This document shows positions 1 to 10,852 of a stretch of 61,124 nucleotides of DNA, one piece after another (the stretch's first letter is position 1; the number at the start of each line of letters is the position of its first letter). Both the position numbers and the translations under genes were made by a program. A model generated the notes under the pieces. That model worked only from the letters and a program-made list of their open reading frames with translations, was not told the DNA's origin and searched no databases. This DNA comes from Octopus sinensis (lineage: Eukaryota), in contig NW_021832395.1 in NCBI RefSeq assembly GCF_006345805.1, forward strand, positions 1 through 61,124, in the 5' to 3' direction.

Positions 1-2
1 AT

Positions 3-182
3 TACTTTGCCGCATACTGAACTCATTAGAAATAGCAGCAAAAAACTTTTTTGGGGTACCCCCCAAACTTTTGTGAGTAGAATTAGCAACACTATATATG
101 AGAGAGATTTTCTTTAAGTATTAAATAGCTTTAAAAAGTTTTTTAGCTGCTATTTCTAATGAGTTCAGTATGCGGCAAAGTA
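3..182. repeat. Fold-back cassette (arms ~3-51 / ~133-182) next to (TA)n; probable PLE terminal fragment, cut by the window edge
   Basis: tactttgccgcatactgaactcattagaaatagcagc (3-39) is the exact reverse complement of 146-182; (TA)n starts at ~203. Confidence 0.8.
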
Positions 183-202
183 CTTATTTTACTAAGCCCT
201 TT

Positions 203-224
203 TATATAATATATATATATATAG

Positions 225-272
<48 letters not shown>

Positions 273-313
273 GAGAGAGACAGACAGACAGACAGACAGT
301 TTGACAGGCAGAC

Positions 314-357
<44 letters not shown>

Positions 358-480
358 TGATAGATAGATAGATATGCATATATACTTATGCATATATATA
401 CATCTAAGTGTGCATATATATATACTTATATACATAAATGCGAGTGTGTGCGAGTTTGTGCGAAGTTATATTATATATAG

Positions 481-512
<32 letters not shown>

Positions 513-665
513 GATATATTATATATATGTATGTATATATAAATATATCATACATATATTTACATATATATATATATGTGTGTATATATACATATAAATA
601 TCTATATATATATATATATATATATATCTATATATATATATATATATATATGATCTATAATATAA
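203..665. repeat. Compound microsatellite (TA)n/(GACA)n/(GATA)n
   Basis: Direct reading. Confidence 0.95.
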
Positions 666-849
666 TGTATTGTCCTTTTGCTGTTTTATGTATTTCAGCC
701 TAAAAGCTGTGCCGATGCTGCTGCACCGCCAAGTATCATCAATGTTTTGAATGGCCGCTCCTTCCTGGTTTGCTTTGATGAAGGAAAGAATTTGATATTG
801 CTACCCTCATTTGATTTTCTTTACATGTGTGTGTGTGGCATTGTAAATT

Positions 850-1700
850 ACCACTAGGTACTTACAAACCAAATTCTTTCTCAAACATTTTCCGTAAAGA
901 TGGCAGATCCTCTCAGACCTACAGTTTGCATGCGTTCAGGCTTAGAACGGAAAGGTTTACGGTCTCACAACCCCACTGGGTGATGCTGAGTGGGGTATAG
1001 GCTGACCCAAGTGATGATAGGATCATGACTGGTGGTAGTGGGTGGTATCACTGCTAACCCAGTGAGAGGTTGCTTATGTTTAGGGCCGATGCGTCACATA
1101 GCCGATTTGCTCAGGTTATCAGGAAGAGATGTTCTGAGCAAACCCGTCATGTCATCGACGCCCTTACATCCGCCCCTTCCCCGACACGGTTAGATGCTCT
1201 AATTTGGGTGTAGAAGCCCACACAGCACATTGTTCGATTTTATTCTATTGGAGGTAGCGATTATGGAACCCAGGTTTGGAGAGGTGGATTATGACTGCTT
1301 GACCGTGTTCTTATTAAATATCTGGTAGAATTTCTGCTGTGTTGCGAAGGTTTCTGCTAAGGGTTTATACAGAAAATCCCTGGCTATGGAAATTTTCACC
1401 GAACCACTGAAAGGTTGGTTATATAACATACGTAGAGTAGGCATGACTAGTTCTGTGGCTACGGGGACTATTCGGGTCACCGGAAAGTAGAGCTCCCTGG
1501 CGTTTCGCGTGTCCTCTGCTGGTGGGGTTACCATCAACGTTGGGGGTAAAAGCAATCTAATGGCGTTTCTCTTATTACTGTGACCCCCAGTTCGGCTATC
1601 ATCACAATCGCCAGCAGCGATGATGCTGAAGTGGCTAGCCCTATATCCTGCTACACCGTCTTCACGACACGCCACAGTGACCCGGCAACGCATTTGATAA
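850..1700 (-). pseudogene. Degenerate Penelope-like retroelement ORF fragment (region between RT and GIY-YIG endonuclease; Neptune/Naiad-like)
   Basis: Minus strand reads LYNQPFSGSVKISIARDFL...KFYQIFNKNTVKQS*STSPNLGSIIATSN (cf. PLE WFNPPFS..VKTNI...KIFNRNTVKxSYSCMPN) and, at ~929-852, NCRSERICHLYGKCLRKNLVCKYLV (cf. CNCR...CPL.GKCL...VVY); contains stops. Confidence 0.75.
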
Positions 1701-1841
1701 TGTCAGAACCAGCGCCTCAGACTCTCGGCGTTGAAGTGTGCTCTGATGTGCAGCTCAGTAAGGGTGCAAATGGATGACTTAAGGGAAGAGGGTTAACGAA
1801 TGGATGACTTAAAGGAAGCAACAGAGTGGTGTTTGATACAC

Positions 1842-2243
1842 TTTTTTACTTGTTTCAGTCATTTTGACAGCGGCCATGCTGGAGCACCGCCTTTAGTCGA
1901 GCGAATCGACCCCAGGACTTATTCTTTGTAAACCTAGCACTTATTCTATCGGCATCTTTTGTCGAACCGCTAAGTTACGGGGACGTAAACACACCAGCAT
2001 CGGTTGTCAAGCGATGTTGGGGGGCACAAACACAGACACACAAACATACACGCGCGCGCGCACATATATATACATATATACATCGGGCTTCTTTCAGTTT
2101 CCGTCAACCAAATCCACTCACAAGGCTTTGGTCGGCCCGAGGCTATAGTAGAAGACACTTGCCAAAGGTACCACGCAGTGGGACTGAACCCGGAACCATG
2201 TGGTTGGTAAGCAAGCTAAATACCACTCAGCCACTCATACGCC
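1842..2243 (-). mobile_element. tRNA-derived SINE, family A (full length, internal microsatellite)
   Basis: Reverse complement of the family-A copies at 2497, 11496, 16643, 41705; A/B-box-like head, gactgaaacaagtaaaa tail. Confidence 0.92.
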
Positions 2244-2496
2244 GTAAAGTTGGTTCAAGTCAGTGCTTCATTATAATATTGTATGTTATTCCGGAAGATT
2301 TGTTCAGAGGACGAGAATTTCGATATCTGTATAGGAATATTTTTTCAGGAGAGTCTTAAATATGGATTTGTATGTGCGTGTGCGAGCGCACGCGTGTGTG
2401 TGTATGTGTGTGGTAGAAATAATACGCAAAGTATAAAACTAGTCACTAATAGTAAGATTTATAACGAAAAAAAACAAAGAAAAATGGGGAAAAAAA

Positions 2497-2900
2497 TAGG
2501 AGTGGCTGTGTGGTAAGTAGCTTGTTTACCAACCACATGGTTCCGGGTTCAGTCCCACTGCGTGGCCCCTTGGGGAAGTGTCTCCTACTATAGCCTCGGG
2601 CCGACCAAAGCCTTTTGAGTGGATTTAGTAGACGGAAACTGAAAGAAGCCCGTCGTATATATGTGTATATATATATATATATATGCGTGTGTGCGTTTGT
2701 CCTCTTAGCATTGCTTGACAACCGATGCTGGTGTGTTTATGTCCCGTTACTTAGCGGTTCGGCAAAAGAAACCGATAAAATAAGTACTGGGCTTACAAAA
2801 GAATAATTCCCGGGGTCGAGTTGCTCGATTATTGGCGGTGCTCCAGCATGGCCGCAGTCAAATGACTGAAACAAGTAAAAGAATAAAAGAATAAAAGAAT
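2497..2900 (+). mobile_element. SINE family A
   Basis: ggagtggctgtgtggtaag...ggttccgggttcagtccc head; ends gactgaaacaagt plus (aaaagaat)n. Confidence 0.92.
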
Positions 2901-3480
2901 ATAATTGAACAAATCAAAGTATGTATAACACAACTACAAACAAAGGTGACAATATTGTGTAGTTAAACATTTTATGAACGGTAATCAACCTGTCTACGCA
3001 TGATCAGTTAAGAGTTACCTCCCATGAACCAATCTGCACATTATTTGTGCAAACAATCAGTTTATCAAGTATTGACTGTATTCAATAAATAGTCGTCTAA
3101 AATATATATAACAAATTTTATTTACCGTTCTTTTTTAAGAAATAACGATCGCAATATTTTATGAATGTGAAATACTTGGTCACTGATTTCATTTATTAAT
3201 TCATTCTTCTTTTACAATTGTATAATTTGATTTTATATACATGTCTGTGCGTTTTTTTTTTGTGTTGGTGTATAAATATTTTCTGTTATGTTTTTTTTAT
3301 AAAACCAAAACAATGCAAATTATAAGAAATAATACATGTCTGTGGTTTGTACTGACGACACCATTTTCCAGAAGATCTCCCGAAAAAGGAGTCCTAAGCG
3401 TAAAATACTTAATTTTAAGGAAAATATACAAATTATCAACTTGCATTATTTCTTCTAACTTGTGTTGTTTTACAAGAATT

Positions 3481-3516
<36 letters not shown>

Positions 3517-3541
3517 TACATACATACATACATACATACAT

Positions 3542-3581
<40 letters not shown>

Positions 3582-3631
3582 ACATACATACATATATATA
3601 TATGTATATATATATATATTATATATATATA

Positions 3632-3783
3632 TCGAAATTGCGAGGATAATCTGGTGCTTGACTGAGGAAAGAAAACTTCGAATGACCCGTCCTTGTTTTC
3701 TTTGTATCGTCTATCTGGATGTTTTGTAATCCCTTTTTGTATCACCTAGCTGCCCGGATGTTTTGCGTTCTTGTCCCATTTTG

Positions 3784-3787
<4 letters not shown>
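3632..3787 (+). repeat. Dispersed repeat inside (TA)n; second copy at 32040-32330 (minus); possible retroelement 3' end
   Basis: ccgtccttgttttctttgtatcgtctatctggatgttttg is shared with the reverse complement of ~32100-32140. Confidence 0.7.
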
Positions 3788-3827
<40 letters not shown>

Positions 3828-3907
3828 CAATGCATGATACAAACTGTATTACTCTGCACCATATAAATCACATACAGCGAGTTCGGAGGAGGTGCCAATC
3901 CCAGAAC

Positions 3908-4025
3908 TCATCTGGTACTTATTTTATTGACCACTAAATGATAAAAGATAAAGTCGACCTCGCGACGTTTGAACTCAGAGCGTAACGATATGTCGCTTAC
4001 CATTTTGCCAGGTGCGCTACACTGC
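3908..4025 (-). mobile_element. SINE family B, degenerate
   Basis: ctggtacttattttattgacc...aaagtcgacctc...tttgaactcag. Confidence 0.7.
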
Positions 4026-4065
4026 CTAATCATTTAAATATATACGGCAAAGTATAGGAAGATAT

Positions 4066-5928
4066 ATGTGGTTAGATTACAAGAAAGCCTTTGACTCTCT
4101 TCATCACTCATGGGTGCTAGAAGCCCTTCAACTTGCTAAAGTTCCAGTCAAAATACTCAAAGCCGTAGCTGACCAGACTTCATCGAGGCGAACCATTTTG
4201 AAATTAAACACAAAGAGTGACTGTTTTTCTATCACCGATAGAATACAATATCACAAAGGCATATTCCAAGGAGACAGCCACTCTGTGATGTTGTTTATAC
4301 TTTCTGTAAAATCTGAAGGATATCTAACTAGTTCACTGTAGAGTCTGAAGGATATCTCACTGGTTCACAAGGAAAAAGAAATAACAAAATTACACACAGT
4401 TTCTTCATGGATGACTTAAAACTTATGCAAAGAATATGCATGAGATGAAAAAGAGCCTTGACCTAGTTACAACATCCTCAAAGGATGGAGGGTTGGAGTT
4501 TGGTCAGGATAAATGTTATATGGTTGTGAAAAGGGGGGAAACTATAACCCAGACTAGTAACATCTCCATCAATGATTTGACTGTTTCCCTTTTATCTGAC
4601 GAGGAATGTTACAGGTATATAGGGGTGGATGATAATATATCTTACAATGGCACCTGTAAAAAAACACGTGTCACTAAAGAATACTGCAGCCGAATAAAGG
4701 AAATTTGGACCTCAGCACTCTCTGCATTCAATAAAACAGTGGCTCACAATGTATTTGCAGTGCTAGTACTCATACCAACAATTGGACTCCTTGATTGGAC
4801 GCTTGATGAGATCCGAGCCATTGATGTGGAAACCCGAAACATACTAACAAGCACACATAATTTCCACATAAATAGTAACGTAGACCGTCTCTACCTAAAA
4901 CGTAAACAAGGTGACAGAGGATTAACATCGATCCAAAATACCTTTGAATGTCAAATCATATCCCTTCGGCAACATCTTTTAATCAGCAAGTGTCGAAGTG
5001 CATCCTTTGACCAAGTTTGCATACATGAGGTCGATAACATCATTAAGACTTGGAAGGCAGCACCTTGAGCAACACTCTTTCTCTGATAATCTAGAATACA
5101 TGCCCAAAGAAGTCACACGACTCTACCGCAACATATCATCAGATGAAAGGATGAGGCTGTGTGAGCAGAAGACTATGCATGGATATGTTAATAGAAAGCT
5201 TCGTGATGATAGTGATCATTAAAGCAGTCTATCATGGACCAATAGCCCGATTACTACCTCCCACTTTGATGGGTATGCGTTTGCAATCCAAGAAGAGGAA
5301 ATATCAACCGAGTACCTGATGCGCAAAAGGGATAGAGATGAGGGAAAAGCCATAAAATGTGTCAACCGATGCAGACCCTGTGGAATTCACACTGAAGATA
5401 TCACCCACATCATAAGCAGTTGTCCGAAAATGTAATCACAGTATTATCTACCACTGAGTCATGACGTTGTATCTAGGACACTCTATAATGAAATCTGTGG
5501 GAAGGATAACCCCGAGGACAAAGAAATAAAAACCCACAATATGGTAGAAGCTATAGCCACTCATAATGAAAATGAATATTGGTGGAAGACCTCAATAAAA
5601 GGTAAATACAATAGACCTGGTATAATGATTTGGGTTAGAGAGGAGAAACTGCACAGTTGTGGAAATTAGCAGCCCAGTGGATGTTAACACCAATGCTAAA
5701 CTATTGAGAAATCTGCAGTTACTCTATCCAGATTACAAGTTCAGGTTTATACCTGTAATCATTGTGGCCCTGGAATACATAACACACTGCCTAAATACCA
5801 ATCTTGAGAAATTAGGCTTCTCAAAACCAGAAAAGAGAAAGCTAATTCGAAGACTACAGATTCAATCCATCACTGGAACTGTAAAAATCTGTAAAACTTT
5901 CCAGAAGTTTATCATTAAATATATATGA
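4066..5928 (+). pseudogene. Decayed, 5'-truncated non-LTR retrotransposon with RT, CCHC knuckle and restriction-like endonuclease (R4/Dong-like)
   Basis: WLDYKKAFDS, GIFQGDS, FMDDLKL (4404-4424), GLEFGQDKC, YRYIGV, RLYLKRKQGDRGL, MHG, AIQEE, CRPCGIHTEDITHIISSC (5370-5423), SHD and NRPGI (degenerate RHD/NRPD), EISSP; several frameshifts and stops; short local duplication at 4311-4370. Confidence 0.9.
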
Positions 5929-5988
5929 GCATGTCTAAATATGTAACTATATACATGAGAATACATACCTAAAACATACAAATCTGCG

Positions 5989-6120
5989 CATCCATCCATC
6001 CATCCATCCATCCATCCATCCATCCATCCATCCATCCATCCATCCATCCATCCATTCCTACATACATACATACATGCATACATACATACATACATACATA
6101 CATACATACATACATACACA
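5989..6120. repeat. (CATC)n/(CATA)n microsatellite downstream of the LINE ORF
   Basis: Direct reading. Confidence 0.95.
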
Positions 6121-6334
6121 CCCTGTTAATGTTGAAATTCGAATGAAGGAACTTTGGATCAAGTTTAGAAACCGGTTCTTTCACTATTGGTAAAAAATCT
6201 TGAAATAAACTGAATAATGACATACATACGTGCATACATTCATACGCATAATCACACATCTATTTCTTTATGTGTGTGCATCTATGCGTGCGTACATGTA
6301 TGTGTGTGTGCGTGCGTGCGTACGTACGTATCTG

Positions 6335-6510
6335 AGGGTTCGTAGCCTAGTGGTTGGGGTGTTGCACGCGAGGTCGGGGTTTCAATTCCGAGAGCAGATG
6401 GTGCGTTGCGTTCTGCTCTTGAGCAAGACACTTCATCTCACGTTGCTCTGCAATCACTTTGATACCTGAAAGGTAGTACACAGTGCACCTGTTCAGGCAA
6501 CGTCTATTTC
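6335..6510 (+). mobile_element. SINE family D, degenerate
   Basis: gcctagtggttgggg...ttcaattcc...ttgagcaagacacttcatctcacgttgctc. Confidence 0.65.
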
Positions 6511-6782
6511 ATAGAGAGAGAGAAAGAGAGACAGACAGAGACAGACAGACAGACAGAGGGGATGAGGGAGGGAAGAAGAGCTAATATACAGTGCATACAT
6601 TTGATCACTCCAAACAATTAATTTGTGCAGGTCGTTCGGCAAAGGCTGAGAGCACATACATCGTCTTCGACGGGAGAGTCCATCATATACATATACACAT
6701 ACACACATACATACATACATACATACATACATACATACATACATACACACATACATACAAACAAACATACATACAACGAATG

Positions 6783-6814
<32 letters not shown>

Positions 6815-6818
6815 TGTA

Positions 6819-7278
6819 TATTTCTTTACTGCCCACAAGGGGCTAAACATAGAGGGGACAAACAAGCACAAAGTCGATTACATCGACCCCAGTGTGAAAC
6901 TGGTACTTTATTTATAGAGCCCGAAAGGATGAAAAGCAAAGTCGACCTCTGAGTTCAAATTCCGCCGAGGTCGACTTTGCTTTTCATCCTTTCGGGGTCG
7001 ATTAAATAAGTACCAGTTTCGCACAGGGGTCGATGTAATCGACTTAATTCCTTTGTCTGTCCTTGTTTGTCCCCTCTGTGTTTAGCCCCTTGTGGGTAGT
7101 AAAGAAATAGGTATTTCGTCTGCCGCTGCGTTCTGAGTTCAAATTCCACCGAGGTCGACTTTGCCTTCATCCTTTCCGGGTCGATTAAATAAGTACCAGT
7201 TACGCACTGGGGTCGATATGATCGACTTAATCCGTTTGTCTGTCTCTGTGTTTAGCCCTTTGTGGGTAGTAAAGAAAT
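6819..7278. mobile_element. Cluster of three 5'-truncated family-B SINEs (6819-6949 minus; 6950-7110 plus; 7110-7278 plus)
   Basis: Repeated gaggtcgactttgc...tcatcctttcggggtcgattaaataagtaccag core and gggtagtaaagaaata tail. Confidence 0.9.
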
Positions 7279-7309
7279 ACATACATACATACATACATAC
7301 ATACATACA

Positions 7310-7341
<32 letters not shown>

Positions 7342-7580
7342 CTAATACATACATTCGTTTGTATGTATGTTGTATGGATGGATAGATGGATGGATGGATG
7401 GATGTGAAAATAAGTGTGCCTAGTACATGAAGGAGCTACATATATTTTTAGTAGGGCCATTGAATATATAATTCTTCAAACTTGTTCATTAATTTCACTT
7501 CAGTTGTGTGGATGTGGTGTCTGTACGTGTGTCATTGTGCGTATCTTTGCAACGTGAGTTTTGGGGTACGGCGGCAGCGA

Positions 7581-7612
7581 CGGTGGCGGTGGAGGTGGTG
7601 GTGGTGGTGGTG

Positions 7613-7667
<55 letters not shown>
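7581..7667. repeat. (GGT)n-(AGT)n trinucleotide repeat
   Basis: Direct reading. Confidence 0.95.
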
Positions 7668-7668
<1 letters not shown>

Positions 7669-8544
7669 TTAGGAAGACGTATAAATCCGAGTCGTTCCAA
7701 CCTTGACCGACTATATTATCCAGTCTGCCCTTACTTCTGTTTTTTTAGACGGAAAGCTGTGATTTAATGCAAATTTTAGCTGTTATTTCAATTTCTAGTT
7801 GGGGGTTGTCTGACTCCCTCGAAAATTGTCCCAACACCCCCGCCTCCCACCCCTTTGCCTCACGGGATCGTTTATTCGCTTCTGTTTAATTATTTAGCTT
7901 CATGTTGATTATATTGACTGACAGATAAGCTAGTCGGTCGGTCCGTCTGGCCGGTTATATGGACGGTCTATCAGTCAATTTACCAGATTATATTCTGTAT
8001 TTCATTGATAATTTGATTAATGAAGGGTTTAAATGATCAAACGATCAGTTGACTGACTAACCGACTGTCGCACCGTTTCGCCGACAGGCTGACTGGCTAT
8101 GAAAGTGTCTGGTTGGCTAGCTGGTTAGCTGGTTAGTTCACACATCTGCAGTTCCATCTCGCTTCGTCTATATATGACTGCTGCTGTCTCTGTGCATCTT
8201 TATCGATCGCACTGATCCTGGTCCGGTGCAAGGGAGATAATCAAAAACCGGTCATGAATGAATAGACCGCTTAAAAATCGAATCGTATCTTTAGAATCTC
8301 AAAGATGAAATATTATCATTTGAGTAAGGTCTTAAGGTCTTTCTTCCATTTTTATCCTGGATCAATAAAAATATAAGGGATAAGTTTGGTGCTTAAAGTA
8401 AGTATGAACGTATATGTATGTGTGTGTACGGACACACACACACACACAGAGTTATGGTATATTCCGTTAGGAACGTGGCAAGTGTACAGTATAAAGCTAG
8501 TCCTCCCTCAGCATTACCGAATACTATCCGTTAGGATTATTATC

Positions 8545-8852
8545 ACGTAACGTAATCACGTAACTGACCAGACCATCAGATGTTGTTACACATCGCTAGT
8601 CACCATGTGCTTCGCATTGTTTTAGCCTTCGAATGACGCCACCCCGCTGGCTAAGCGAGCAGGCCAACAGAAGAAAGAGTGGGAGAAAGAGTGGTGAAAG
8701 AGTACAGCAGGGATCACCAACCCCTGCCGGAGCCTCGTGGAGCTTCTAGGTGTTTTCGCTCAATAAACACTCACAACGCCCGGTCTAGGAATCGAAACCG
8801 CGATCCTACGACCACGAGTCCACTGCCATAACTACTGGGCCATTGCGCCTCC
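8545..8852 (-). mobile_element. tRNA-derived SINE, family C (full length)
   Basis: Minus strand begins ggaggcgcaatggcccagttatgg...ggtttcgattcc; head shared with 43086; flanked by attattat on both sides. Confidence 0.88.
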
Positions 8853-8899
8853 ATTATTATATACTTCCATATTTATGTTTGGGTGTTTGTTGTGTGTGA

Positions 8900-9150
8900 A
8901 TATAAAATTTAAGAAACTGGTGTCAACAATAAGGAGTACGGTTGGACATTTTTTCATCGCTACAATGGTTCTTCAAAAATAAAGGTATTTCATTATGCAA
9001 TTGTTGGTTTGCATAATGAGACCCAGTTGTGCTTCCTCGGGTGATATAATCAAATACCTGTACTTTTGGAGAAACACGTTGGGTGGAAACAATTGCAGTG
9101 ATGAAAAATAACTGTTCAACCGCAGTCCTTGTTGACTCCAATTTCTTCAA

Positions 9151-9160
<10 letters not shown>
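8900..9160. repeat. Degenerate fold-back cassette (arms ~8900-8970 / ~9088-9160) abutting (TA)n, with hammerhead remnant GAAACAATTG
   Basis: aagaaactggtgtcaacaataaggagtacggttggaca...ttttcatcgctacaat is an imperfect reverse complement of attgcagtgatgaaaa...tgttcaaccgcagtccttgttgactccaatttctt. Confidence 0.7.
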
Positions 9161-9198
<38 letters not shown>

Positions 9199-9200
<2 letters not shown>

Positions 9201-9356
9201 CTAAGTAATGTAAGGGTTTAGCAACGATTTGCCTCACCACACACCGAATTTAGAAATCGCAGTCAAGAGTTTGGCTATTCTTTAACTCTTTGACTACTAT
9301 TTCTAAATTCGGTGTGTGGTGAGGCAAATCGTTGCTAAACCCTTAATTACTTAGTA
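9199..9356. repeat. Fold-back cassette with ~70-bp near-perfect arms, in (TA)n
   Basis: taagggtttagcaacgatttgcctcaccacacaccgaatttagaaat (9211-9257) pairs exactly with ~9299-9345. Confidence 0.9.
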
Positions 9357-9580
9357 TTACTTAAGCCTTCCTTGAATGGGGCTTTTACATGCCGAAATCT
9401 ACTTGGTGAAATTAATGATTATTCCAATTAATTCATTTCACCCTTTATTATTATTATTATAATATATAATATATATATATATATATAAGTTAATCCAAAC
9501 AGAAAGCACAAAAAAAACACAACACACGCGAGGACGTGGACAATATAGTATTATGGACGCTCAGAAAGAAGAGAAGAGGG

Positions 9581-9613
9581 GTTTAACGTTTCGAGCGTCT
9601 CTTCGTCGGAAAC
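9581..9613 (-). ncRNA. Minimal type-I hammerhead-like motif (variant core CCGACGA) in a TA-flanked repeat 9487-9685
   Basis: Minus: GUUU-CCGACGA-A-GAG-ACG-CUC-GAAAC-GUU-AAAC; stem I GUUU/AAAC, stem II GAG/CUC, palindromic ACGU stem III. Confidence 0.6.
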
Positions 9614-9804
9614 ATAGGAGAAGCAAGATCCAGAGAAGGGAAGACATAGGAAAAAAAATCGCCAACGGTACACACGAGGTCATATATACATACATACATG
9701 CATACATATAGATACATATACATACATGTATATATATATACACACACACATATATACATACACACACACACATAGATACATACACACACACACATATACT
9801 ACGC

Positions 9805-10010
9805 AGTGGCGACCCGTTCTGCTGTTTGTGTAACTTTCAATGCCAAAGTTTAGTAGAAGGCCTCCCAGGATTTTCACTACAAATCTTTCCCGCCTTCGTT
9901 CCAGGGAGAAGAGTTTTTATTCTGTCAGTGTTTCCCAGAAGCTGATATATTCCATGGAAACGATCTTCTTTGTGTAGCTTCATTGGATTGCTTCGAGTTC
10001 CGCCGTTAAT
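9805..10010 (-). pseudogene. CR1-like LINE RT C-terminal fragment
   Basis: Minus frame ELEAIQ*SYTKKIVSMEYISFWETLTE*KLFSLERRRERFVVKILGGLLLNFGIESYTNSRTGRHC. Confidence 0.75.
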
Positions 10011-10111
10011 TTTATATTGTTTAGTGACCATAGTTTAGTGCATAGTCTAAGCTACCGAGGACACATGCCCTCAAACGGACCATCATTCTTCCTTTTTATA
10101 TAATTATTATA

Positions 10112-10157
<46 letters not shown>

Positions 10158-10444
10158 ATATAATATATCCTTGTGTATGTGTCCCCGTGTTTATGTATGT
10201 GTGTGTGTGTACTGTATATTAGTAACTTTTAAGTGTAACTTTTTGAAGATTTTTTTAAGAGTAATTGTTATATTAACACGCACCTATAAAGTGACTCCTG
10301 CAGTTTGCTCAGATAAAGATTAGATATGCACTAGCAGAGTCTTGAGAACATCTGCCAAAATGTTTTTCAGATTAAGAGATTAAATCCCTCGAGATTACAA
10401 ATACGCAATCAGACGTGCGTACGTCTGCGCATATATATGTATAT

Positions 10445-10670
10445 GCGGCGAGCTGGCAGAAACGTTAGCACTCCGGGCGAAATGCGTAGCCGTATTTCGT
10501 CTGCCGTTACGTTCTGGGTTCAAATTCCACTGAGGTCGACTTTGCCTTTCATCCTTTTGGGGTCGATAAATTGAGTACCAGTTATGCACTGGGGTCGATG
10601 TAATCGACTTAATCCGTTTGTCTGTCCTCGTTTGTCCCCTCTGTGTTTAGCCCACATGTGGGTAGTAAAG

Positions 10671-10675
<5 letters not shown>
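10445..10675 (+). mobile_element. SINE family B (full length)
   Basis: gcggcgagctggcagaaacgttagc head ... gggtagtaaagaaa tail. Confidence 0.92.
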
Positions 10676-10719
<44 letters not shown>

Positions 10720-10852
10720 GCGTGTATATATGCATGTATATAATCATGTATATATATATATATTATATATATATACATACATATATAGAGAGAGACTAAA
10801 AACCTGGTGCAAAACTCAATCTATGTATGCTTCAAGGCAAAGTGTTAGATGA

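Noticed and set aside
3655-3690. CUGAGGA...CGAA as a possible hammerhead (also 32140-32170 minus)
   Set aside because: No GAAA or NUH with stem III in either copy
7500-7767. Poly-Gly/Ser or poly-Pro/Leu ORFs
   Set aside because: (GGT)n(AGT)n microsatellite
8101-8140. tggttagctggtt resembling part of miR-34
   Set aside because: No miR-34 seed or precursor hairpin; part of a degenerate (CTGG/CTAG/CTGA)n tract like 55290-55350
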